This document shows, one piece after another, positions 25,252 through 34,161 of a stretch of 58,233 nucleotides of DNA (its first letter is position 1; each line of letters begins with the position of its first letter). Below the pieces are notes generated by a model. The model did no database searches. It saw only the letters and a list, made by a program, of their open reading frames with translations, and was not told the origin of the DNA. This stretch comes from an uncultured bacterium (GTDB lineage: Bacteria; Planctomycetota; UBA1135; GCA-002748355). The position numbers and the translations under genes are program-made. Where the stretch lies: positions 1 through 58,233 of the forward strand of contig CALLZN010000362.1 of assembly GCA_937858895.1 (NCBI GenBank), in the 5' to 3' direction.

Positions 25252-27111
25252 ATGTCCGAGACCGCTTCCGGAAGTCGAGTCGCCCCAACGCAGCTGCGCC
25301 GCGTCCTCGCGATCGCGGCCGTCGTCTTGCTGGCGAACATCCTCGCCTTCGGGTCGACGCTCGGAGCTGACTACCTCGCCGACGACTTCGGCCTCATCGC
25401 GCGGGCGACGACGCACCTAGCTGCAGAAGAAGGCCCTTGGCGCAGCTTCTTCCAAGACCAGGTGGCATCACGCGCCGACCAGCTCACGCGCTTCTGGCGA
25501 CCGGTCTACGAAGCGAGCTTCCTCGTCGACGCGGCCCTCTTCGGCGACGAGGCCTTCGGCTCGCGCCTGATCAACCTTGGCCTCCACACTTGCGTCGCCG
25601 TCCTCGTCGGCGTCCTCGCCTTGATGCTCGGTGTGAGCTTCGGGACGTCGGCCTTTGCTGCCGTGCTCTTCGCCGTCTGGCCCTCGCACGCCGAAGCGGT
25701 GGCCTGGGTCACTGCGCGCTGCGACCTGCTAGCGGGCTCCTTCTCTCTGTTCGCGATCGTGGCGGCACTGCGGGCAGCCCGACACCGCGGCACCGCGAAC
25801 GCTGCTTGGCGGCTCCTGTCGTTGCTCGCTTTCGCGGCTGGCCTGCTCACCAAGGAGTGGGCCTTGGCCGTCCTACCGATGCTCGTGCTCGCGAACGGCT
25901 CCCTACGGCGCAGCGGACCCGAAGTAACGCTCGCTGGCTGCTGGTTCTTCGTACGCTGGAACCTGCTCGGCACAGCGGTCGGTGGCTACAAATGGACCCC
26001 GGAGTCGCTCGCCGCCGGCAGCACGCAGGTCCGCGACTTCGCGCTCGCCGTCGTGGCGCCATTGCGCGCAGACCTCATCGCCGGCGCAGGCCTGCCTCGC
26101 GCGGTCCTCTTCTGCGTCGCTGGCCTCGTGATCTGCTGCAGCGTCGTGGCTTGGCGCGCGCGGCCGCGGCTCGGCTTCGCCGCGACGCTTTGGACAGTGC
26201 TCGCCACCGCCATCCACGCCCTCGCACCCTTCGACGCGACGAACTTCGAAGGCGCACGCATGCTCTACGCTCCGGCCATCGGCATCGCGCTGCTCGTCGC
26301 GATCGGCAGTAGCCATGCGCTCGCACAAGGGCTCGCGCGTTGGGACGCACGACGGCGCTTGGCGCGCGCCTTCACGATGGCTTGCGTCGGCGTCGCGGCG
26401 ATGGCGCTGCTGCACATCCAAGCAAAACCCTATGTCGAAGCGAGCCAAGTCATGCGCCGCCTGCGCAGCGACATCACCCGCCTCGTCGACGAGCACGAGA
26501 GCGGAACCATCGAGATCCGCGAAGTGCCGCACACGCAGCGCGGCGCGCAAGTCGCGGCGGCGATCGAGAACATCGACGCAGCTCCCTTCGTGCCCGCGCA
26601 CGGCCGCGGCCGCCTCCGAATCTTGAGCGACCGGGCCGGGATCGCGACCCTGCTCTCCGACCTCGAGCACGCGCTCGCCCCCGATGCACCTGTGCACCGC
26701 TATGTCTTCACAGACGCTGCGACTTTGCCCTTGGGACTGCGGCAAACGACGGTCCCGCGTGACGCAGCGCAGCCCGCGTCCACGGCCGAAGAGATCGAAG
26801 TCGAAGCGACGGACAGCGCCTGGCTCCTTCGCTTCCGCGGCGAAGCGGGATTGCGCTGGTGGCTGCTCGGACCCGGCGCCGAGGCGGCCATCGACTGCGG
26901 CGCGTCGGGCACGCTGCGTGTGCTGCCGCTCAGGGTCGTGGCCCACGGCAGCTTCGATGCAGAAGGCAGGTCACGCGCGCGCTTACCGCGGGCCACAGAC
27001 TCCTCGGTCGAAGCCTACGTCCAGGTCGCCTTGCAGGTGCGCGGCGCTGAAGAGCGCGTCCGCTGCCAGCTCGGCGCAGCTGCCGCCCTCCGTACTCCTT
27101 CCTCCAAGTAG
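25252..27111 (+). CDS. GT-C fold (PMT/ArnT/TMTC-like) polytopic membrane glycosyltransferase-like protein
   Basis: Starts MSETASGSR at the ATG at 25252. FWRPVYEASFLVDAALFGDEAFGSRLINLGLH...AAVLFAVWPSHAEAVAWVTARCDLLAGSF matches the yRPl...fG..p.gfH..N...avHP.h.EaV.wi.gr.dll pattern of bacterial TMTC/PMT_2-like proteins. Multiple TM helices. The upstream part of the listed ORF (24244-25251) is antisense to the fasciclin gene. Confidence 0.7.
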   Translation: MSETASGSRVAPTQLRRVLAIAAVVLLANILAFGSTLGADYLADDFGLIARATTHLAAEEGPWRSFFQDQVASRADQLTRFWRPVYEASFLVDAALFGDEAFGSRLINLGLHTCVAVLVGVLALMLGVSFGTSAFAAVLFAVWPSHAEAVAWVTARCDLLAGSFSLFAIVAALRAARHRGTANAAWRLLSLLAFAAGLLTKEWALAVLPMLVLANGSLRRSGPEVTLAGCWFFVRWNLLGTAVGGYKWTPESLAAGSTQVRDFALAVVAPLRADLIAGAGLPRAVLFCVAGLVICCSVVAWRARPRLGFAATLWTVLATAIHALAPFDATNFEGARMLYAPAIGIALLVAIGSSHALAQGLARWDARRRLARAFTMACVGVAAMALLHIQAKPYVEASQVMRRLRSDITRLVDEHESGTIEIREVPHTQRGAQVAAAIENIDAAPFVPAHGRGRLRILSDRAGIATLLSDLEHALAPDAPVHRYVFTDAATLPLGLRQTTVPRDAAQPASTAEEIEVEATDSAWLLRFRGEAGLRWWLLGPGAEAAIDCGASGTLRVLPLRVVAHGSFDAEGRSRARLPRATDSSVEAYVQVALQVRGAEERVRCQLGAAAALRTPSSK

Positions 27112-27193
27112 GCGCAAGTAGACGAGTAGATCTCTGCCTTGGTTTGCGGCCACGCTTCTAGCTCGCCGACGACCCTGTTAACCTCTGCCCCCC

Positions 27194-29065
27194 ATGGATC
27201 ACTCTCGTCCCTACCGGGAACTCACGCCCGCGGCGATCATCTCGGGCATCCTCCTCGGGGCGGTGCTCAACATGGGCATTTGCTTCGCGGGCTTGCAGAT
27301 CGGCTTCACGATCGTTGGTAGCGCGGTGGCGGCCGTGCTTGGCTTCGGAATCCTGCGCGGCTTGCTCGGCAAGGGGTCCATCCTCGAGGTCAACATCTTC
27401 CAGACCGTCGCCTCGGGCGTGAACACGGTCAACGCGGGCGTCATCTTCACCGTGCCCGTGCTCTTCTTGCTCGGCCTGCAAGACGAGATGAACATCCCGG
27501 CGCTCTTGATCGCGACGATCGCGGGGTCCTTGCTCGGCTGTGTCCTCATCATCCCGCTGCGCAAGCAGATCATCGACTACGAGCGCCTGCGCTTCCCCGA
27601 GGGCGTGGCGGTCGCGTCCATCCTCAAGTCGCCAGGGGCGGGCATGCGCAAGTCGCAGTTGCTCTTGCTCGGCGTCGTGGTCTCGGCGGTGATCACGCTG
27701 CTGACCAAGGACCTCTTTGGCGCGCCCGTGCTGCACGAGAAACTCGACGTCGGTTCGTGGCTCGGCATTCCTGCGACCTTCAGCTTCTGGTTCGCGGTCT
27801 CGACCTTGTCGCTCGGCGCGGGCTTCCTCGCCGGGCGCGGCGGCCTCGTCGTGCTCTATGGCACCATCCTCAACTACTGGATCCTGATCCCGGCGGCGAT
27901 CGCCTTCGGTTGGCTGCCACCGAACCTCGCAGCTGAGACGCAGGAGGCGCTCGGCAAGGGCTTACTCGGCCTCGAGCACGGCGACATGGCCGAGGGCTTC
28001 TTCGGTGCCTTCGCCAAGTTCACGTCGCGTCACGTCGGCATCGGCATGATCCTCGGCGGCGCGATCGCTGGCATCATCGTCGCAGCACCGGCGCTCAAGG
28101 CCGCCATCCAGAGCTTGCGCAAGAGTTCGGGCCCGGACGGCGAACGCGAAGAAGCGCCGTTCTCGCTGATCACCTCGGCGTCGGTCATCGGCCTGATCGG
28201 CATCTTCGTCGCGACCTATCTCGCCGGCGGCGGCAAGGTCTCGATCCTCCAGGCCGCCCTCTGCACGCTCGCAGGCGGCCTCTGGATGTGGCTCGCCGGC
28301 CTTGTCGTCGCGCAGACGACCGGCCGCACCGATTGGTCGCCGCTGTCGGGCCTCGCCCTGATCGCGATCGCCATCATGATGGGCATCCTCGGCACCGAGC
28401 GCGCGATGATCGTGCCAGCCGTCACGGTCGGCGCGGCCATCTGCGTCGCGACCTCGATGTGCGCCGACATGATGGCCGACCTCAAGACCGGCTACCTCGT
28501 CGGCAGCAAGCCGATCAAGCAGCAACTCGCGCAGATCTCCGTCTCGTGGATCGGGCCAGGCATTGCGCTCTTCACGGTCCTCTTGCTGTGGAAGGCCTAC
28601 GCCTTCGGACCCAACCAAGCCGCCATCCTGCACGAGCGCGCGGTCGCCGCCGGTGGCGCAGTACTCGAAGAGTGGACCAAGAACGGCGGCAGCGCCGACA
28701 AGCTCGCGACCGGTGTGCCGACACTCGGCGCCCCGCAGGCCGGCGCGCTGGAGTCGGCAATCAAGATCGTCCAGTCGGGCGACGTCCCCCTCGGCAAGTA
28801 TGCGACCGGGGCGATCGCCGGCCTCGCCGTCTCGCTTCTGGTCTCGCCCGGCATCGGCGTCATGGTCGGGCTTTCGCTCTACCTTCCCTTTGAATACATG
28901 ATCGTCTTCGGCATCGGCGGCCTACTGTCGCTGCTCTTCATGCGACTCAAGGGGGCTCACTGGATCGAGGACAACGGCGTGCCTGTGGCCGCCGGCCTCA
29001 TCGTCGGGGACGCCCTCGTCAACGTCGTAGTCGCCGTCATCAAGGTCGGCAAGGAGATGTTCTGA
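27194..29065 (+). CDS. OPT-family oligopeptide transporter
   Basis: YRELTPAAIISGILLGAVLNMGICFAGLQIGFTIVGSAVAAVLGFGILR...VNTVNAGVIFTVP, plus about 16 predicted TM helices, is typical of the OPT superfamily. Confidence 0.9.
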   Translation: MDHSRPYRELTPAAIISGILLGAVLNMGICFAGLQIGFTIVGSAVAAVLGFGILRGLLGKGSILEVNIFQTVASGVNTVNAGVIFTVPVLFLLGLQDEMNIPALLIATIAGSLLGCVLIIPLRKQIIDYERLRFPEGVAVASILKSPGAGMRKSQLLLLGVVVSAVITLLTKDLFGAPVLHEKLDVGSWLGIPATFSFWFAVSTLSLGAGFLAGRGGLVVLYGTILNYWILIPAAIAFGWLPPNLAAETQEALGKGLLGLEHGDMAEGFFGAFAKFTSRHVGIGMILGGAIAGIIVAAPALKAAIQSLRKSSGPDGEREEAPFSLITSASVIGLIGIFVATYLAGGGKVSILQAALCTLAGGLWMWLAGLVVAQTTGRTDWSPLSGLALIAIAIMMGILGTERAMIVPAVTVGAAICVATSMCADMMADLKTGYLVGSKPIKQQLAQISVSWIGPGIALFTVLLLWKAYAFGPNQAAILHERAVAAGGAVLEEWTKNGGSADKLATGVPTLGAPQAGALESAIKIVQSGDVPLGKYATGAIAGLAVSLLVSPGIGVMVGLSLYLPFEYMIVFGIGGLLSLLFMRLKGAHWIEDNGVPVAAGLIVGDALVNVVVAVIKVGKEMF

Positions 29066-29580
29066 TGGCTCTGCGCGCCATATTCGTAATCGCCTTCTGC
29101 GCCATGATCTTGGGTGCCGCGGGCTTCTCGAAAGAGATCGAGCCGATGGCCTGGCCGCTCTACCTCGGCGGCTTCGCGGTCACGATGCTGAGTGGCTTCT
29201 TGATGCGCGCAAAGGCAAAGCTCGCAACCGGAGATGGGGCTGCCGAGAGCACGAGCTTCGCGTCGCTGAAGTCGACGGTCACAGAGATCCGCGACGCCGT
29301 GAAGACCATCGAAGCCGAAGCCCCGCGCTGCGATCGCACGACGCTCCTCGCCCGCCTCGACGACGTGCTGACCAACTGTGCCCTGCTCGGCCAGCGCAAC
29401 GAGGAGTACATGAAGGCGCTCGGCCCCGAGCGCTACGTCGCGGTCTGGGACGGCTTCGCGACCGCCGAGCGCCTGCTCGCGCGCGCGTGGTCGATGACGG
29501 CCGACGGCTACCAGAGCGAAGCGCAGCTCGAGTTGCCAAGGGCCCGCGCCGCCCTCGAGCGCGCGACCGCCGGAGCTTGA
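29065..29580 (+). CDS. Small membrane protein (2 TM + soluble helical domain), translationally coupled to the OPT transporter
   Basis: The ATG at 29065 overlaps the OPT stop (TGATG), with AAGGAG at 29051-29056. N-terminal hydrophobic stretches: MALRAIFVIAFCAMILGAAG and WPLYLGGFAVTMLSGFLM. Confidence 0.6.
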   Translation: MALRAIFVIAFCAMILGAAGFSKEIEPMAWPLYLGGFAVTMLSGFLMRAKAKLATGDGAAESTSFASLKSTVTEIRDAVKTIEAEAPRCDRTTLLARLDDVLTNCALLGQRNEEYMKALGPERYVAVWDGFATAERLLARAWSMTADGYQSEAQLELPRARAALERATAGA

Positions 29581-29586
29581 CGCCCG

Positions 29587-29628
29587 GCGCGTGAGGAACA
29601 GCGCGTGACGAACCGCGCGTGACGACTT
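29587..29628. repeat. Three perfect-phase tandem 14-bp repeats, GCGCGTGA(G/C)GA(A/C)(C/T)(A/C/T), in the leader of the PQQ-like/HAD genes
   Basis: gcgcgtgaggaaca (29587-29600), gcgcgtgacgaacc (29601-29614), gcgcgtgacgactt (29615-29628). They lie 32 nt upstream of the GTG at 29660. Confidence 0.8.
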
Positions 29629-29659
29629 CGACACGATCCAACGACGGAGGTGGACCAAC

Positions 29660-30949
29660 GTGCTGGACCGCAACTGGGCTTCGCTCTTCGCGACCCTCTT
29701 TCTGACGACGTCGCTCTGCGCCCAGACTTGGCCGCAGTACCACGGTCCGGACGGCTCGCGCAGAGTCACCGGCGCGATCGACGCGCAACAGCTCGACGCT
29801 GCTGACAATGCCCCGCTCTGGGTCGTGCCGACGACGAAGGGCTTCAGCTCCTTCGTCGTGCACGACGGGCGCGCCTACACCCTCGAAGCGCGTAGCGACC
29901 AGGAGTGCTGCGTCGCCCGCGATGCCAAGACCGGTACTGAGCTCTGGGTTCGCGAACTCGGCAAGGTGAAGTACGACGGCGGCGGCGACGCGGGTACGCC
30001 GGACAACAGCGGCGGTGACGGACCGCGGAGCACGCCGAGCTGCGACGCGGACCGCGTCTACGTCTTCGACGCCCAGCTCGTGCTCCATTGCCTCGACGCC
30101 AAGGACGGCAGCGTCGTTTTTCAGAAGGACCTCGTCGCCGACCACGGTGCCGTCAACATCCGCTGGCAGAACGCCGCGAGTCCGCTCGTCGAGGGCCGGG
30201 CCGTCTTCGTCGCCGGCGGCGGCCCGGGCGCTTCGCTGCTCGCCTTCGACAAGAAGAGCGGCGACCTCCTCTGGAAGGGTCACGACGAGAAGATCACGCA
30301 CGCGACACCGATCGCAGCGACCCTGCATGGCGAGCGCCAAGTGATCTTCTACACCCAGGCAGGCCTCGTCGCGGTCCGGCCCGACAACGGCGAGCTGCGC
30401 TGGCGCGCGAGCTATCCGTTTCAGATCTCGAGCGCGGCGTCGCCCATCGTCGACGGCTCGCTCGTCTACGTGTCCGCCGGCTACGGCGTCGGCGCCGCGG
30501 TCTTCGAGGTCCTGCGCGACGATGAAGGCGCCTTCGACGTCCAGCTGCTCTGGCGCAAGCCGAACAAGCTCATGAACCACTGGAGCACGCCGCTCGTGAA
30601 GGACGGCCACCTCTACGGCATGTTCAGCTTCAAGAAGTACGGCAAGGGCCCGCTGGCCTGCGTGGACCTGCGCAGCGGCGAGACGCGCTGGTCGCAGGAA
30701 GGCTTCGGTCCGGGCAACTGCATCCTCGTCGGCACGACGCTCGTCGCCCTCAGCGACAAGGGCGAGGTCGTCCTCGCCGACGCGAGCCCCGAGGGCTACC
30801 ACGAGCTCGCGCGGCGCGACGTCTTGAAGGGCAAGTGCTGGTCGCAGCCTGCCTTCGCCGACGGCAAGCTCTACGTGCGCAGCACGAGCGAAGGTGCTTG
30901 CATCGCGCTCACGGCCCCAGCTAAGCCAGTCAAGAACGAGGGTCGCTGA
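29660..30949 (+). CDS. PQQ-like/BamB-like beta-propeller repeat protein, secreted
   Basis: GGAGG at 29646-29650 and a GTG start. The signal is followed by WPQYHGPDGSRR. Repeated blades include ...VHDGRAYTLEA..., ...DRVYVFDAQLVLHCLDAKDGSVVF..., ...GRAVFVAGGGPGASLLAFDKKSGDLLW... and ...DGKLYVRS. Confidence 0.8.
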   Translation: MLDRNWASLFATLFLTTSLCAQTWPQYHGPDGSRRVTGAIDAQQLDAADNAPLWVVPTTKGFSSFVVHDGRAYTLEARSDQECCVARDAKTGTELWVRELGKVKYDGGGDAGTPDNSGGDGPRSTPSCDADRVYVFDAQLVLHCLDAKDGSVVFQKDLVADHGAVNIRWQNAASPLVEGRAVFVAGGGPGASLLAFDKKSGDLLWKGHDEKITHATPIAATLHGERQVIFYTQAGLVAVRPDNGELRWRASYPFQISSAASPIVDGSLVYVSAGYGVGAAVFEVLRDDEGAFDVQLLWRKPNKLMNHWSTPLVKDGHLYGMFSFKKYGKGPLACVDLRSGETRWSQEGFGPGNCILVGTTLVALSDKGEVVLADASPEGYHELARRDVLKGKCWSQPAFADGKLYVRSTSEGACIALTAPAKPVKNEGR

Positions 30950-30951
30950 CC

Positions 30952-31611
30952 ATGCTGCCGCTCGAGCTCTTCCTCTTCGACATGGCGGGCACGACGGTCC
31001 GCGACGATGATCACGTTCTCGAGGCCTTCGCGCGAACCGCGCAGGGCGCCGGACTCGACCTCGAGCGGAGCTGGCTGCTCCCGCGCATGGGCTTGCACAA
31101 GGAAGCGGTCTTCCGCGAACTCCTCGAGGTCGCAGGAAGGAGCAGCGACGCAGCACCATCGCTCGCACGCGCCTTCGAGGACGCGATCGAGGACGTCTTT
31201 CGCGAGCGTCCCGCATCCCCGCTGCCCGGCGCCGTCGAGCTCTTGAACGCGCTCGAGCAGGCAGGCGTGCGGGTCGGTTTCACGACGGGCTTCTCGCGGC
31301 GCACAGCCGATGGCATCTTGCACGCCCTCGGCTGGCAAGAGCGCCTGTCCGTCTGCTCCGATGAGGTCGCACAGGGCCGCCCTGCGCCGGACCTCATCTT
31401 CGAAGCCATGCGCCGCGCTGGCGTCGATGACGCCAACCGCGTCGGGACCTGCGGCGACACGCCGTCGGACCTCGGAGCGGGCGCCAACGCCGGCTGCGCG
31501 ATCGTCGTTGGCGTCGGCCACGGCACCCACGACCTCGCGTCCCTCGCGCCCCATCCACACACCCACCTCTTTCCGGACCTCGAGGGGCTGCGCGCCTTGC
31601 TCGAAGTCTGA
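30952..31611 (+). CDS. HAD-superfamily hydrolase (phosphonatase-like/PGP-like subfamily)
   Basis: Motif I is LFLFDMAGTTV (DxxGT). Motif II is GFTTGFSR. Motifs III/IV are ...GRPAPDLI... and GDTPSDLGAGANAG. Confidence 0.85.
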   Translation: MLPLELFLFDMAGTTVRDDDHVLEAFARTAQGAGLDLERSWLLPRMGLHKEAVFRELLEVAGRSSDAAPSLARAFEDAIEDVFRERPASPLPGAVELLNALEQAGVRVGFTTGFSRRTADGILHALGWQERLSVCSDEVAQGRPAPDLIFEAMRRAGVDDANRVGTCGDTPSDLGAGANAGCAIVVGVGHGTHDLASLAPHPHTHLFPDLEGLRALLEV

Positions 31612-31630
31612 GCGACGAGCGCTGCGCTCA
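31609..31630. terminator. Short hairpin between convergent genes that includes both stop codons (weak bidirectional terminator candidate)
   Basis: tgagcg-acgagcgctg-cgctca: 6-bp stem, 10-nt loop. TGA of the HAD gene is at 31609-31611 and the minus-strand TGA of the GNAT gene at 31630-31628. No U-tract. Confidence 0.2.
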
Positions 31631-32599
31631 GAGCGAGACGAAGACCCAGGCAGCGCGCGCCGCCCGCCCTGCGCGCTCGGCCGTGCGCCTCGAAGCGTGG
31701 TTCGAAGCATCGATCGTGCCCCAGATCAAGGCCGGTCCGAAGCGCGCAGCGACTTCGCGAGCCAAGAGCCGCTGTGCCGCCACCGCGAGCCCACGACCCT
31801 GGTGTCGGCGAAGCAACACCTCTTCGATCACGGCTTGGCCTTCGAAGAGCCGCTCAGCGTCCTTCGCCGTACCGAGGACCCCGACGCGCTCCCCCGAAGC
31901 CGTGATGAAGGCGAGGACGCCCGTCTCGACGCAGTCTGCAAGCGCGTCCAGCTGGGCCGCGTGGACGCGTGAGACGAGCTCCGGCGCGTAGGCAGCCAAG
32001 TCCGCGTAGCCGGCCTCGACCAAGGCCGAGACTTCGTCGACGTCGCTCTCGGTGCAGACCTCGAGGGCGCAAGCCGGAGTGCTCGGCCCCGACGCCGCGA
32101 CCTCGTCGGCCCACCCGGCGTGAAAGAACTGGTCGACGACGTCCTCTGGCTGGAGCCGAAGCACGTCCGCCTCGAAGACACGCAGCCTTCGCGGCGCAAA
32201 GCGCGCATAGGCAGCGCAAGCCGCCTCGCAAAGCTCGGTCGCGACGCGGCGCCAAGGAGCCGTCACCGCGATCACGTCCACGAAGGGTTGCCTGACATCG
32301 CCACCGAAGAAGCGCAGCCCGATGAGGGCCGCTTCGCTAGCCCCGACCGGCACGACGCACTGCAGGTAGTCGCGAGCGTCGGCACCAGCGACCGGACAAG
32401 CAGCGTGGAAGCGACGTCCGAAGTCGAGGTCCGTGCAGCGCGCGAGCTGCTCGCGCACGAAGCAACGCGCGCGGCGCTCGAGCTGTCCTGCGTCGAGCCC
32501 CGCATGGCCCTCGAGCAAAAAGCGCGGTGCCGCGCGCAGCAGCACCGACAGCCACGCAGCCTCACGCTCGGCGCCTTCGTCCTTCAGGCTCTCGTTCAT
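31628..32599 (-). CDS. GNAT-family N-acetyltransferase (C-terminal GNAT domain; N-terminal half unassigned), last gene of the ParA/bilin-like operon
   Basis: GNAT motif A is EEVLLRRHQGRGLAVAAQRLLAREV, followed by ...GTIDASNHASRRTAERAGR. Same strand as the FDBR-like gene and 48 nt downstream of it. Confidence 0.7.
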   Translation of the reverse strand: MNESLKDEGAEREAAWLSVLLRAAPRFLLEGHAGLDAGQLERRARCFVREQLARCTDLDFGRRFHAACPVAGADARDYLQCVVPVGASEAALIGLRFFGGDVRQPFVDVIAVTAPWRRVATELCEAACAAYARFAPRRLRVFEADVLRLQPEDVVDQFFHAGWADEVAASGPSTPACALEVCTESDVDEVSALVEAGYADLAAYAPELVSRVHAAQLDALADCVETGVLAFITASGERVGVLGTAKDAERLFEGQAVIEEVLLRRHQGRGLAVAAQRLLAREVAARFGPALIWGTIDASNHASRRTAERAGRAARAAWVFVSL

Positions 32600-32647
32600 C
32601 GCGCTCTCGATGACCGAGCCGCCCCCCGCCGCGACGCCCTCAGGACC

Positions 32648-33379
32648 TCAAACGACCGACGGATCGAAGAGAACCCGCGGCACATAGGCGAGGGCAGCCG
32701 CACCGAAGAGCTGCTCGTAGTTGTTCGCCTTCGACCATAGCTTGCGCCCGTGCTCGAGGAAGCGTCGTTGCAGACGTCGTCCCTCGTCGCGCGACGCCCG
32801 CACGCCCGCACCGTGCAGACTCGCGACAAAGCTGTCGAGGTAGCGCGCCATCGTATGGTCGACGCTGAAGTCCTCGGGCACGACCCCGCGCACCGCGATC
32901 ATCGCTTCGCTCGCGAAGGGCGCGAGCCCATGCTCGAGCACGTCGCCGCTGTCTTGCAGCTCGAGCGCGAGGCCGCGCAGCTCCGGATACTCGGTGCTCG
33001 AACAGCAGATGTCGAGCAAGAGCGCGTCCCAAGTGTTGTCGATCGCAAGCGCTTCGAGGAAGAAGATCGGCGCGCTGCGGCCCGGATCGGGCAAGGCGAG
33101 AATCGACACGCTCTCGAAGGACCCGTCGAAGCTCGTGCCGCGCAGGATCGCAACCCGCGAGAGCGGGCCTTGGCCGACGAAGTGCCGTGCATCGACGCCG
33201 ACGCGCTCAGCGTTCCAGTCCGTCTCGAGCACCGCCTCGTCACTCGCGAGCGGGATCTCGCGCAGCGAAAGACCTTCGAGCAAGACCTCCTCGACGTGCT
33301 CCATGAAGAAGTCGATGCGCAGCGCGAGCAAGGGTGCGCTCGGCACGTAGCGCGCGTGCAGTTGGGTGGTCCCGGTCAT
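32648..33379 (-). CDS. Ferredoxin-dependent bilin reductase (FDBR, Fe_bilin_red)-like protein, catalytic residues apparently not conserved
   Basis: 243 aa, the FDBR size class. SILALPDPGRSAPIFFLEALAIDNTWDALLLDI resembles, from memory, the PcyA block [21 protein letters not shown]..AIADL. The C-terminus RRLQRRFLEHGRKLWSKANNYEQLFGAAALAYVPRVLFDP resembles ...[28 protein letters not shown]. The ATG at 33379 overlaps the ParA stop (ATGA). By-eye alignment only. Confidence 0.5.
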   Translation of the reverse strand: MTGTTQLHARYVPSAPLLALRIDFFMEHVEEVLLEGLSLREIPLASDEAVLETDWNAERVGVDARHFVGQGPLSRVAILRGTSFDGSFESVSILALPDPGRSAPIFFLEALAIDNTWDALLLDICCSSTEYPELRGLALELQDSGDVLEHGLAPFASEAMIAVRGVVPEDFSVDHTMARYLDSFVASLHGAGVRASRDEGRRLQRRFLEHGRKLWSKANNYEQLFGAAALAYVPRVLFDPSVV

Positions 33380-34161
33380 GCTTCGTCCTCGAGCAGTTCC
33401 TTGGCGATCTTGATGTAGTGTTGGGCCGGTATCGACTCGGGCTCCGACACGACGACCGGCAGGCCTTGGAGCAGCGCGTAGCCGACGATCGAGTCGTAGG
33501 GGATGGCGTGCTCGAACATCTTCGACCCGAAGCGATTGCGCAGGCCGCGCTCCCAGCGCCCGCCGATCTCCTCGCCTTGCGGAAGCGTGAGCACGATGCC
33601 GCGCAAGTTCGGTGCGAGGCCGACGCTGTCGAGGCGGCGGATGTCGTGCAAGAAGCCGGGAAGCGTGCGGTAGGAGAGCGGCTCGGCGCGGATCACGAGC
33701 AGGAGCTCCTTTGCATTCGCGAGCAGGTCACGCGACTTCGCGCCGGCGTAGGGCGGCGAGTCGACGAGGATGACGTCATAGGGCTCGTCGAAGTCACGCT
33801 CGGCGAGGGCGCGCAACCAGTCACCGAGCTTGGGATCGCCGCGGAAGTCGTCGGGCGTGCACGGCAGGACGTCGAGGTTGGGTTCGACATCGGTCAGGAT
33901 GGCGTCGCTCTTACCCTCGGCAGCGCGCTTCAAGCCGCAGCTGCGCGGAACCTCGAGGTGCAAGGACGCCGCGATGCTGCTGACCGGGTCGACGTCGACG
34001 ATGAGAACACGCTTACCGAGCTCGGCGCAGGCCACGCCGAGGTTGATCGTCGTCGTCGTCTTGCCGACACCGCCCTTCTGACTTCCGACCATGATGGTCC
34101 GGGTCGCTCGCTCTTCGAGGGCCCTCTGCTCGTGCAGTGAACGCGTCGCGCCGTGACTCAT
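33376..34161 (-). CDS. ParA/MinD/Soj-family P-loop ATPase (canonical deviant Walker A)
   Basis: IMVGSQKGGVGKTTTTINLGVACAELGKRVLIVDVDP (KGGxGKT, DxD). Walker B is YDVILVDSPP. The ATG at 34161 overlaps the stop of the upstream triple-ParA gene (ATGA). The listed ORF extension to 34464 is Arg-rich junk. Confidence 0.9.
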   Translation of the reverse strand: MSHGATRSLHEQRALEERATRTIMVGSQKGGVGKTTTTINLGVACAELGKRVLIVDVDPVSSIAASLHLEVPRSCGLKRAAEGKSDAILTDVEPNLDVLPCTPDDFRGDPKLGDWLRALAERDFDEPYDVILVDSPPYAGAKSRDLLANAKELLLVIRAEPLSYRTLPGFLHDIRRLDSVGLAPNLRGIVLTLPQGEEIGGRWERGLRNRFGSKMFEHAIPYDSIVGYALLQGLPVVVSEPESIPAQHYIKIAKELLEDEA

